A stretch of DNA of 63,964 nucleotides, the filler included, from Choristocarpus tenellus KU-1152 (Eukaryota > Protista > Phaeophyceae): assembly GCA_964200185.2 (NCBI GenBank). It is 14 parts of 14 records of this genome, joined end to end, with 100 filler letters (N's around TTAATTAATTAA, not from the genome) between each part and the next. Parts side by side here need not be neighbours in the genome. Positions count along the whole stretch, not along the records: positions 49,767 to 56,811 come from CAXNAD020006797.1; positions 56,912 to 61,160 come from CAXNAD020015488.1; positions 61,261 to 63,964 come from CAXNAD020025474.1; 11 more parts are not named here. The stretch is one strand, 5' to 3'. The position numbers and the translations under genes are program-made. Position 1 is the first letter of the stretch, and the number at the start of each line of letters is the position of its first letter. The notes beneath the pieces are model-generated. The model made no database searches, had not been told where the DNA came from, and saw only the letters and a list, made by a program, of their open reading frames with translations. Positions 51,839 through 63,897 of the stretch are shown in pieces.

Positions 51839-52232
51839 CTGAGATGTCCAAAGGGGGTATTCTTGTGGGGTGGTGAATAATGGAAGTGCATGATGCGGAT
51901 TCCACCTCCCTAGCGCCGGAGCCTCGCCACATACCATGATCTGTTCCCCATGGCCCACAGGTGCGGTCACCTTCCCACCCGCAAGAAACAGGGGGTCCAA
52001 ATCAAAACAACGATGAAGGTAAGGGTGAAGCTGAGCATTATTCTCATCTGGATATTGTAAGGTCAGTTAAAGCATAGATAGCCTTGACACCCAATCACAA
52101 TCAACACACCAGTTCTGTGACTCGTTTTGCGTGTGATCTCCTTACCTTGAAGATGCCCGTTATGCACCGTTCCTCGGCCATGCGCATTGTCACCACGCCG
52201 GTCCCTGCGCTTCCCAAAGGTAGCGCTGCCAT
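51839..52232 (-). CDS. N-terminal CBM20 (starch-binding-type) domain protein, first two exons; the downstream part looks degenerate
   Basis: Exons 52232-52146 and 51970-51839: MAALP..GIFK|VTAPVGHGEQIMVCGEAPALGRWNPHHALPLFTTPQEYPLWTSQ, matching the CBM20 pattern GE-x-V-x-G-x3-LG-x-W...YP-x-W. A possible frameshifted continuation (RY..SRWE) lies near 50580-50685. Confidence 0.72.
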
Positions 52233-53039
52233 TCTTTGCCACTAGTACACACGCTTCTACTATCCCTCGATCACTGTTTCTATCCTTGGGTCACTGAGGT
52301 CTATGATCGAGTTGGCATCTTCCCTGTGACCCAATCGTTTCCTTTCGTCGCTGTATCCTCTATTTTAAATATTGAACAAGGAGATAGATAGTTTTGGCTT
52401 CGTTTAAAAAATTAGGTGGTCGCAGGGACTGACTGTCTTACTGGTTGTCAAAAACAATGGTTAGGTTGTTTGCTTAAGTCCAGACAAAGTGTCCGTTGCT
52501 AGATCTGAACCTCTTACACCGACCATGAACTCAATTTTTATGTCAAGTCTGGATTGTGAGGATCCCATTCCTCAAGCTGGAAACATTTCTTCTTGAAACC
52601 TGTTGCGGGTAACTGCATCTTCAACATGGAGATGAAAGGTGTGTATTTAAAGATGAGTTTTATAGGTAACGGGTTTCGGTTATAGTTTGACGACAAAGTC
52701 CGAGTCCATCACAGATTCATTTTCACAGATTTCGAATTTCAAGATTTCAATATGTTTTTTAAGAGGTAACGGAGTTTCTAAATCCAACTGTTATCAACGA
52801 ACGACAAAGAATGGTAGAGATTATTATTTTTCATACAAGGAAATTACACCAAATTCGCCCAGAATTTGGGTACATCCTCTCAAACTATATTTTGAAGTTA
52901 ATATTGAATCTTACCACAAAACTACTTTTGTTTGATATTTTATATCTATCTGTCAACATTTTGTATATGCTGTTGTCGGGGAAATAGCAAACAATGTGAA
53001 ATGGAGATGATGAAAAGTCTTGTTCAAAAGAATACTCGA

Positions 53040-53962
53040 AAGTCTATGGTCTTGGCAGTCATCTCTAGGATAAGACCAGCCTTGATTCATTTCGAGGTGA
53101 TGTTAAGGCGTCCTGATTGGTGATCAGCATATCAAATTAAAGCTGAGACCAAATGCTGTCGAACACATCACCTCGAAATTAATCGAGACCTGTGATGTTA
53201 TCATGAAGTTGATGTTAACAATATATTGTGCGAGGCTTTCGGACCTTAACCTTCGCACGCAGGTCACTACAACGTAGATTGTCGACACAGAACTCGGCAC
53301 AATGAATGGTTGCGGAAGCTCCTCTGTCGAAGGACATGCTGGATATCGTGGGGCGGTCTCTACCTCCAGGCTTCAAGTTTCACCGAAGTCGAAGGCTGAG
53401 GTTCGGCAGAGCGTACGCGCTGATGATTGCCGTGTGTCGAGAGGGGGACTCACACTTGATCGAGTGGACCAGTTAATCACTGCAAAACAAGGAATCAAAG
53501 AGGGGGGTCACGACTACGACGGAGAGCGTGTATTATTGACCAAGCTCGATGATGAGGGCAGGCTGGCTGGCTGCTGTCTGATGATTTTTTAGGGATAACA
53601 GTGGAGCTACAATAACAATGAAGAGTTTGGAGTTACACAGAGATGCGATATGGAGGATCACGACTCTTCTTCTCCCGTGGAAAAACTCGTCCTGGGAGAG
53701 GAGAAACAGGCCTCCGACCCAGATACTGGACGACGGACGGACGGATGTCTAAGTAACTTGAATTTAATGAGGAAAATCACTTGCTTTTAGTGAGGAAAAT
53801 CGCCCTCTTGGTCATAGCACCACAACCAACTCCAGCCTATCTAATAATGTTAGGAATGATTTAAGGGTCACATCAAGCTTTATTTCCACAAAAAACTCGA
53901 CTCCGATCAACAGTTAAGGCAGGACAAATTATGTCCTAGAGGTGACTACCAATACCATAACT
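53040..53962 (+). mobile_element. Possible decayed DNA transposon (Tc1/mariner-like C-terminal remnant) between degenerate inverted repeats
   Basis: Remnants SDLNL..RSLQ and LTLDRV..KEGGHDY; 53040-53085 is the inverse of about 53915-53962 and also matches 23895-23945. Confidence 0.3.
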
Positions 53963-54228
53963 TACATATAATAGTATGATGGTACTATTATATTATTCAT
54001 TTACAACTAGGTCTTTATTTGGGTTGTGAATTAGATGGCCTACACACACTAAATACAATTAATATTATTATTGTACACTACTACTGTATGTTGTGTCTTG
54101 ATCACGAATTATGGATTAATTAATCACCCACTCGTTATTAACCTCACATCCACTCGACTCCTTATCAAAAAACACCCACCACTCACATCGTATCACACCA
54201 AATTCAGACATTTGTTAATATCTCAATA

Positions 54229-54470
54229 TGCGACCAATTTCCGGATATGGTATCCACTTGCTGACCAATGTGGCTAATTTCCTATCATAGTTTTTACTTA
54301 CAAACAAATGCGGTGAATTTTTGTGTATGGTATCCACTCACACACCAGTCAATGCGCAACCAATTTCCGCCTATGGCATCCTCTCACACATCAATATGAC
54401 CAATTTCCGAGTATGGTTTCCATTCCACTCACAAACCAATGCACCCAATTTCCACAAAACCCACTCACCC
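54229..54470. repeat. Degenerate ~40-bp tandem repeat, about 6 copies
   Basis: Core ACCAATTTCCG..TATGGTATCCACTC recurs with ~40-bp period. Confidence 0.75.
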
Positions 54471-56986
54471 CAGAACGCTTCACCTCCATCTACGACACTC
54501 TCCAACATTCCAGATTCATCCAACAATCATCCTAAACACTCTAACCTCCACACTCCCACATCGTGTCTCTGAACTAGAAGATATCTACCCCCACTGAGCT
54601 TGACCTCCCTCCACCATCCCACTCAATCGTCAGCAATGAAGAGCATGGGTGGGTGGGAAAGAATGGTTTGTAGTTGCCTCTTGCCTGTTCCCCGAGTGCT
54701 TCAAAAAACTTTGTTTCTGTCCTTTTTTTCTATCTGCGCTCTTTTTATAGTATTTCACCTCGACGCCGCCCACTCCAATCAACTACCAGGATCTCAATTA
54801 CCAAATCTGCCTTCCAGATATCCAATCTTTAACCATTTGTCTACCCTCCCAACATCCTTTCTCCTTCAGAAAGTCAACTGGTTTAGTGTTCTGCTATTAC
54901 AAATTCCTCTGCGCATAAAACTCAGGCCACTTCATAAACCTTTTCATCACTGTCGTTTCTGTTGAGCTCTTTGCTGCATCCTATTGCCGTTCCCTCTATA
55001 ACAACATCTATCTGCCAACAGACAGTGGCTATCATAATAATCAAATGGAGAATCAATACTTGTAAGTATTAAATGCACAAATTTTGTTTGGGGTATTCTC
55101 TATTCCTTTTTGCATGTTATTGGTTTTCTTTCCCCTCATATAATAAAATATTTAAATATTACACCACAAAAATAGCTAAAGTTCACATCATCCTAAAGCA
55201 GGTGCTAAGTTGGGGAGTTCAATATGTGAGGGCATAAACACACCACTATTGTTCACTATAAAATATGATCTTCTAATTGGTCTCTTTTCTTGGGTTAGCT
55301 TTTTTTTCGTCTTGTTATAAAGGTAGGTGATGAAAGGTGTGCAGATGGATGGACTACGATCGTCACACAAACATTTCCCTTTCCTTTCGGACCTTGCCAA
55401 TGTGAGTATGTAGACTATGTTCTGTCCCAGGTATTGGGTGCTGGTGCATATTATTATATCGAGTGTATGTATTATAGAAATAGTATTGAGTTTGATAAGC
55501 TTGATAGGTATATTTAATAGTACTTTATTGATTTTTCTCTTTCCTTGTTCTCGTATTAAATTTATTTTGTTCGTTTATGTCGTACTAAATGATATCTTAA
55601 GCGTTATTTTGTTTTTGAGTTATTGCTTCTTCTCCTCGAAATACATTTTCAGGATATGAGTCTGGGACCCCTTGGACTAATGTGAAGAGTAATAATATTG
55701 TATATGTGTATGTACGTAATACAGATCTAATACAGGTGAACTGAAACTTTAGATAAATTAGAGATTGATGCTGTCATGCTGACAAGTTATTACTCTATTG
55801 TGAACCTTTCTACTGTCCATGTCTGCGTGCAACCGTGCCCACATCAAAGAGGGAACCCAATTTCAGAGAGATATCCCAGGTCCTACAAGTGGGGTTTATA
55901 TATACTAGGGATGTGGGTAATTTGTACATTCTTCCTGGCACTCAATGTCATCAACTTGATATAGCATGATGCAAGTTGTACGAACCTGTCGACCTATCAC
56001 AGAAGCGACCCTCCATTGGATGTTGCAAGAAGCGCACCACTCTGCAAATGGGAACTGTGCATTACATACTCTACTTCAACGAATTGAAAGGGAATCGCTC
56101 AATTCATCACCATCAGTAGTTTCATGGACAAACAAATTTTGTGCAGGCTACCACAGACCATCTTGCACCCATGGATATCTCCGCACAATTCAAAGTCGCA
56201 GTGTGTCTTATACCGTATAATCCATCCATCATGGGAAATGTGCATAACCCATTCAAGTGCTCACATGCAGAGTCACTCCACCAATAATTTCATACTAGCT
56301 CGCTTCATTATTAAATTCAAGTGTAACTCCCTCCAGCATTCATTGCGCTGGACAATCCCATCCATGAGTAAGCCCCAAACGCCAGACACACTCCAAGAAG
56401 AGAGCGTTGTTGCCAAAGTTGGAAATATGGGGAGACAGCAGAGTGGCTCACTCTTCATACACTTCACCCACCTCCTGCCCTAACCATATATGTATATTGA
56501 TCGATGCTATATAACCATGCACAGCAATAAATCATCAAACAAATCAATCTTCATCCTCAGGAGCAACTTTTGTATTGTGAGGTAGGTAGGTTCAGATATA
56601 CATGTAGAACTATCCACAGGTGAACTTCTTCTTTCACAATAAAACTATTCCTTGCTAAGGTGGTACCAAGAGCTTTGCTCTCTGTGGCAACCTTGAATTT
56701 GTTCACGGGTACATCACAACAGATATGCAACAATATATATATCAAACGAAAGGGTATGACAAGAGCTTTTGAAGGGTTTACTGGTTTTAGGCTCAAAGTA
56801 TCCGGGGGGGGNNNNNNNNNNNNNNNNNNNNNNNNNNNNNNNNNNNNNNNNNNNNTTAATTAATTAANNNNNNNNNNNNNNNNNNNNNNNNNNNNNNNNN
56901 NNNNNNNNNNNCCTTCCAAACCTGCACTACAACCCTGCCCAACCCCCTCCCCCCCCCCCCTCCTTCTGAAGTTCATTTTCACAAAC

Positions 56987-59250
56987 CTTGGGATACCACG
57001 GGAATCCTGCCCCCTCCGGATCCTTGAGGATTTCAACCCGGCCATTGGCGGTGATGAGCTTGCTCTCCTCATCAAACACCAGTAGGGTAGGAAGCGCTGT
57101 CACACCTAACAGCTGTGACACAGTAGTCCTTGTCTTCCCATCATAAGGGACGGAGATCCATGGCATGTTTGAGGAATACCTGGTGAAATCAGAAAAACAA
57201 AATAGTGGGGGGTGGGGGTGGGGGGTGGAGCTCTAAAACACATCCAAGGATAACAGGTTGGTCTGAGGATGAATAAGACAAGTCTGCAGGAGATAGGGCA
57301 GGAATGGGTCGTACAAGTAAATTCATGGGGAAACAGTTTCAAATGCCAAAATATAAATAAAACAAAACATAAAAGTTACCTCAGCGCTGAAGTTTAAACT
57401 AAACACACATATGACTGACAAATTTACAGGTCTTCAAATTTTTGGACTATGAGACAGACCAAATAGTTCACACCTTAAAAAATACCTGAACAAGGGGTCT
57501 ATCTTATATTTGAAGGATTATGATTCTTGTCATGAGATGATGCAGTAATTGAATTCGAAGAGTGCACAATACTATTAAATAAATATAAATATAAATATGT
57601 ATATACATATATTTGTATTTACCAATCCTATAAATCTCAAGAGAGTTTCTCTCAGACTGAACAGAGAAACCTTCCATATACACACCAACACATGGTTTGC
57701 CCAGTTCAGCACAATTTCAGAGTTTGATTACTACAATTACGTTTTCTATACTTACAACGTCATATTTACAAAAATATGAAAATCAACAGTTTAAATCACA
57801 ATTCTACTTGACAGGTACTGATACGAAGAAGATGCAGATTCCTTAGGGTAAGGGCAGGTGGTTGGGAACTTTGAGAAAGGGTCCCAAAAAGGTGTAAAGT
57901 GGACAGTGACACAGCCAACCCAAGTTCACTCCTAGCAAGACACGGCAAGGTCAGTTCACACTCTCACAAGTGTGCAATCATCTAACCCTAACCCTACACC
58001 AACAGAAAAATAAAAAACAAGCGACACACGCAAAACCTTCCCGTAAACGCCAACTCACCCATCAAACTCCTCCTGACTCTTGTCGCTGGAGAGGAACACC
58101 AACTCAAATGGCTTGCCTGATATCAAACACAGTACAATGTACAAGCAATACAAGAGAGCCAAGATCAAGAGGATTAGAGAAAAACAAAACAAAAAGAGAG
58201 TGTGCTTGCTAGCATTATCATCCACAGTCTCATTTCTTTTATCAGCTATCCCACAGCCTTTTTTTGGAAGAGTGAAAGGAGTCAACCACCACCTCAATAC
58301 GATTTAGAAAAACCAAACTAAATGCCGCAATCAGTCTAACCCTGAAATAAGGAACACACGCACAAGGAAACCTCTAGTAAGGGCCTGCAGGTGTGAAACA
58401 CCTCTCCCTACCTACACCAACATTACTCTCCAACCCTCCCCCCTCGACACGCTCTGAACGAGTGTACCAAACCTATAAAAGAACTAGAAACAAAAACCCA
58501 CGAAAACTTCTGACATCATCACATCCTTGGCTTGCCTTGATACAGACAGCAACTTCTCACTCACCCTGTTCTTGCAGCTTCTTGTAGACATCCATAAGAA
58601 TAGGGGTGAATTGCTTACATGGTGCACACCACCCAGCACTTAAAAGGAAACAAAAAAATTGCAAATAGGGGAGGAGATGTGGCATGAGATGGGAGATTAA
58701 GTAGCAATTTCAAACACTCACCAAGAGACAACAAAGATACGGGGGAGTGGGAAAGGGGAAGGTGTGGAATATCTATTTGAATGACTCAGTGCATTTCACT
58801 AGAAAGAGATACTTCAAAAAAATCCAATTAGTCAAAAGGTGTATGGGTTTCTGTACCCTAAACCAAAAGGAAAAAATTTAAAGGATAATATACAATGAGG
58901 AAACAGTGTAGGACATCCTACTTAGTAATCACAGCAATAACACATCCATAATCCATCTCCCCTTCCGACCAAAAAAAAAATGAACTGTATCCCTTTGAAG
59001 CCTGTACATGCTACCACATGTTCTCACCTGAAGTACAGAGCAAGAACCTTCCCATCCAAGGCCTCCTGACCCACAGTGGTACCATCACTCTTAAAAAAAA
59101 AAGAGTACAAACATTAGATGACAGTTACACCACATAGATAAGGAGTAAGGGTTAGGGCATGAAGGAGAGGGCAGTTAGGGAACAGTCACATGGATCAACT
59201 TGCACCATCAGCATCGCCAGAAAATATAGGCAGGGAAGAAAAGAAAGTGC

Positions 59251-59281
<31 letters not shown>

Positions 59282-59640
59282 AGGAGGTGCAATCCTTTCT
59301 AGCTAAAGAGCCTTCAAAAAACGTCAACAGAGTGACTGACATCAACCAAGGCTTCCACAAAGAACATTCCAAGAAAGCATGCAGAGGCAAAGACCCCCTA
59401 CATCTCACCATTGCCTATCCCTGTGCAGATCACTGATGATTTCACTCATATGCTTCTAACTCCTCAACTAAGTGAAAGAAAAAAGACAAGAGGACCAACA
59501 GATGACACCAAGTGGCACTTAACAGAACATACCTTGATGAATTTGTCTCCCAGCATCTCCCTGAGGCCCTTGTTCTTCCAGGGGAAGTCCTCGGAGAAGA
59601 ACACCATGTTGGAATAGCCATCCTTAGTCACTACTTCACC
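56987..59640 (-). CDS. Nucleoredoxin/tryparedoxin-like multi-thioredoxin protein, five internal exons
   Basis: Exons 59640-59533, 59089-59028, 58638-58565, 58116-58059 and 57179-56987 splice in frame: GEVVTKDG..FPWK..|..GKVLALYFS|AGWCAPCKQFTP..|KPFELVFLSSDKSQEEFDG|YSSNMPWISVPY..GVTALPTL..GFPWYPK. Confidence 0.94.
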
Positions 59641-60721
59641 CTGGATGTGGGCACAGGGGAATAGAATCGCGTGGGATAGATGGGGGAAAAAATATTAGGG
59701 AGAGATTAAAAAAATAAATGAGATTGAACAATAGGTTCAACTAGATCGATGGCACTCCTTACTACATCCATCGAAGTTTGTGTGTTCTAGACATAGATGG
59801 AGCAGTAAGGCAGTCATTGCACACAAAACCTGTGTGTGTGTGTATTTTGAGTTCTTGTGTTGTAGGATGCATGGTGCATTGCCTCCACAAAATAAACCAA
59901 GGTAGCACAATATGTACATTTTTTATTTTTTACCCTATCAACGGCAACACAAAATCATTTTTTCTTTATTTTATTTCTCAGGGTGAGCAATCAGTCAGGG
60001 CACATAAACTAATTTGTTTCAAGAATCACAGGAGTACACTACAAGTATTTGTACAGTTCCATCAGATAATAGATAACCCCTCTTCTATTCTACCACAACA
60101 CCAAGGGTCATGTAATTTCTCTCTCCATCTTCTACTCCACACTACCTACCTTGCACACATCAAATGTCCTTACTCTAGGTCTTGACAAGACCAACAGGAA
60201 ACTACTGGCACATTCCATTTTGATACTGATGCCATGGCATAAAGATTTGGCAGGGAAATAAAAGCATGAACTCTGGCAACCCACTACAAGATATTGGTCA
60301 GCAACATACATGCCCCTGGTAAACGCCCCAGATCACACCACCTCCTCAAGGGGTGTGCACACACTTCAGCAGAAAGTATGCCACTTGAGAGAGAGAGAGA
60401 AGTAACTTAACCAGTTTCCCTATCCATTTTCAAAATTCATCCACAACATTCGATGTACAAACATCTCTCACCTTTCCTAAAATTAACTGAGGCGTAACAA
60501 GGACAAAAGATAAAAGGTGGTGGATCTATCGCCCTCTTCACCTAATCAAGTAGACTCACTCACTGACAAAGAACAAGCCACTAATCAATGCTACACTCTC
60601 ACCATCATCCTACAACTACGACTTGAGGAAAAGGCGATTTGTGTATGGTATTGCTCAAGGCAAAGAAATTCCTAGTCGCAGAAATTGCTATTGCTAATTT
60701 GCCCCCCCTATTGCAACCTCA

Positions 60722-61160
60722 CCCCCCAACCTATCCTGAACCAAATATGGAAGGGAATGAACTGCTCAGAGTGAGTAGGAGGTTCTTGTTTTGTAATCCT
60801 TTCAGATCATCCACATAGAAACTTCATCATTGCAAACAATCCCTGATTTTGCTCTCTTGCCCTTATCACACTCCACCCCCCCAACCAACCCTGAACCAAA
60901 CATGTAAGGCAATGAACTGCTCCGAGTGAGTAGGAGGTTCTTGTTTTGTAATCATTTAGAGATCGTTCCACACAGAAACTTCATCATTGCAAACAATTCC
61001 TTTTATTGGTATCTTTCTCCTATCACACTCCTCCCCCCCAACCTATCCTGAACCAAATATGGAAGGGAATGAACTGCTCAGAGTGAGTAGGAGGTTCTTG
61101 TTTTGTAATCCTTTCAGATCATCCACATAGAAACTTCATCATTGCAAACAATCCCTGATT
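60722..61160. repeat. Satellite-like ~156-bp tandem repeat, about 3 units, cut by the contig end
   Basis: CCTGAACCAAA..GAATGAACTGCTC..GAGTGAGTAGGAGGTTCTTGTTTTGTAATC starts at about 60735, 60890 and 61047. Confidence 0.92.
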
Positions 61161-62051
61161 NNNNNNNNNNNNNNNNNNNNNNNNNNNNNNNNNNNNNNNN
61201 NNNNTTAATTAATTAANNNNNNNNNNNNNNNNNNNNNNNNNNNNNNNNNNNNNNNNNNNNAAAGTAATATTAAGAAGGCCACCACCCCCTTCCCCCCTTC
61301 TTTCCAATTTCTGAATGAACGTTTTTCTTCCCCCCCCCCCACACACACACACTCAGTATCTGAAGTTCCCCAGTCTGTATCGCAATGAGATCAATAGTTC
61401 AGTCTCCATTATGGAGCATTAGCACACCAACGACCCTTGGGGTGGCCTGGTGTATTTAAATAGTGGCGTGACAATGAGTCTGACCTCTCATGTGTTAGGG
61501 TTAGGGTTATTTTGAGTCTTCAACCGTTTCAGACACATGAGAGGTTCAGACATCAGACAAATGCGTTTGTTGAGTTTAATGAGGTGGGAGCTGTTATCCT
61601 CCATCCCTGGTTGACTGGTTTGACTTGTAGCCTGAAGATTGTCTATGGAGGAGTATCAATTGACAGTCATTTCTGACCTACCATACTGTACTTGGTGGCC
61701 TGTTGAGCAGGGGATGTGGTTACATCAATCAAAACAAACTTTGGTTTCCTCCGCCATGTGCAGTAGGATGAGTACAGTTGTCCCTCTATATTATGTTTCA
61801 AGTGGATGTGATGCAATGATGAGACTCTTTACCAGTCGATGCTATCAACAGGTCTGAAAGCATGCTGTTGATCCTGAGCGTTCTTTTGAGGTTACAGTGC
61901 TCCTCTCAGTCCCTTGGGTCATTACTGGACGAGGTTAAGGCATGTAACAGTCATGCCAGTGACATTGACATACCTTTAGATTGAGGTTCTTCCTCCTTTG
62001 CATGTTTCCTTCCTTGGGGTCTGGGCAGAGAGTCAGGCGTTGTTGGTTGGT

Positions 62052-62231
62052 GACCCAAAGTATCTGGGGGGGGGGTCTACACCAGAGTGTCCATTTGGAC
62101 GAAAACCAGGAAAAGTGCACTTTCATCATTATCCATCCAACGTATGGAACCAAATCACCCAAAAATCGCGACATGAAAAATTGGCACCAAAATGGACAGC
62201 CGCCACCCCCACCCCCCAGATACTTTGACCC
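62052..62231. mobile_element. MITE family B copy (180 bp)
   Basis: GACCCAAAGTATCTGGGGG ... CCCCCAGATACTTTGACCC; GGT on both flanks. Confidence 0.92.
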
Positions 62232-62444
62232 GGTCCTTTCTTTTCTTTTCTTTTCATAGTGTTATAGTTGTATGTATGGTATGCATTGTATTGATCTTGG
62301 AATGAAATAATTGATTTCTTAATCTGTTTGAATTAGATGCTAACTGTGGCATCAAATCACGCTCCTGCCTGTGATAATCATGATTCAATTTTATTGTGTC
62401 CCCTTCGACTATCAACAACCGGCATGTTCACATCCTGTCTGCAG

Positions 62445-63897
62445 CACTACGGCATTGCTCTGCCCTTGGATAGCCCATACATCAATGAGCTTGAGGAGGT
62501 GAGCTAGGTTTGGGACGTCTATGGTATTGTGCATTGAATGTTCTCACATTGAATGGGTGGAAAAAAAAGAGGCGTTCCCTGCAACGTGAGAACAATTCAT
62601 AAAACATTCTTTTCCTTTTTTTTTGGAAGTGGTGAGAACAGCGAATCCCTTAAGTTTTTGGAAGAATAGAATATCCTTAATACACATACATGAAGCCCAC
62701 ATTTGTTTATTTTGTCTGGCTATCCATTGATGATACATACATGTATAAATATATATATATATTTACATAGGGGGGAGTGTACGTTTTGTGCTGTTATTGC
62801 AAGGTACATCAAGCAAACATTTGAATTCATTTTTTTTTGTGAAATTGTTCTACTTGTCCCTTACCCGTTTATGTGTTGATAACGGAGGACTAGTCTCCTT
62901 TGACTCACAACGGATATCACTCAGTGGAGTTGAATCCTCCGCCCACCTCAGCAAAAACACAAGTAGTGATGACCTGAATGATCTTTGATTTTTGATCTTT
63001 GATACCCATCGGTTTTGATTCTAAACAAGCATGTGTGAAAAGCTGCATCACCTGGCCGTGACAACAACATTTGCTCTGTGACATACTATTCTACCATTCC
63101 ATTCATGCCTGTGCTGACACAACCTAAAACCTTCCTCGTTTCCTGTGATGAACTTACCTAATGTTCCTCGTTGTCAGTGATATATTGTCCGTTTCTGAGA
63201 TATGTGCCCTTTTGGATAGCCCTTGCTGTCAGTGCCCTACCCTACTGATTGTGATCACTCACCAATATGGTCAGCCCTCGAATCCGACTGTCTTCCCCTA
63301 GTAAAGTTTTTCTGATCCAAAGTGGCTGCCACAGGGAGACAGTTCCTGTAAACATTGTAAACATTGATTTATTTATTTTTTCCTCCTGACCTAATGTATG
63401 TACACCCAACATTTCGGTTCTCAACAGATTTAATAAAAAAAAAAATGAAAATGGGACCTATTATATCATTAAGCTTTGGCCTTGTGAAACACACTATCAT
63501 TTGTAAGAGCCTGGAAATAGCACCACTTCCACTTGCTGCTTTGACAGTCATACTTCATTTCTCATGCTTATGTGTGACTGGTTTTTTTTTGTGGTAATCA
63601 GTTGTTCATTCATGGCATGCTATGCAAAGACGCGACGCGGCGTGCATGTGCACTTTTTGTATCAGAGATGATATTTTTTTTTGTATCAGAGATGAGGTTA
63701 TTAGGACGCACATTGCTCATTGCAGGTGACATTGAGACTTAGAGAAGAAGGGTTAGTTGTGGATGCAGCAGAAGAGATCTTCTCAGCAGGAGCATGCGTT
63801 GCTCAAGACGAAGTGGAAGAGGATCTCACTGAGATTCAAATCGAGGACATATCTGGTGTTCTGGCTATCTTCTTCTTATTTCTTGTGGCTGGCTTCT
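62445..63897 (+). CDS. Ionotropic glutamate receptor-like (GLR) channel, end of S2 lobe and M4
   Basis: Exons 62445-62498 and 63726-63897: HYGIALPLDSPYINELEE|VTLRLREEGLV..C..EIQIEDISGVLAIFFLFLVAGF, matching the iGluR pattern YGIA-x-P-x2-SP..L-x-L-x-E-x-G..C..M4. Confidence 0.82.

Noticed and set aside
55700-56800. KDZ transposase or Fanzor/TnpB remnant
   Set aside because: Manual translation of the parts examined and the ORF track showed no catalytic or RuvC motifs; the region remains unassigned.
42169-61160. Redox/ion-channel gene cluster (MsrA, channels, nucleoredoxin)
   Set aside because: The genes are on separate concatenated contigs; only the two channel genes are truly linked.
62052-62231. 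MITEs acting as introners (intron-generating elements)
   Set aside because: Family B often follows GT, but every copy lies inside an existing intron, intergenic DNA or another transposon, and none coincides with an exon junction.
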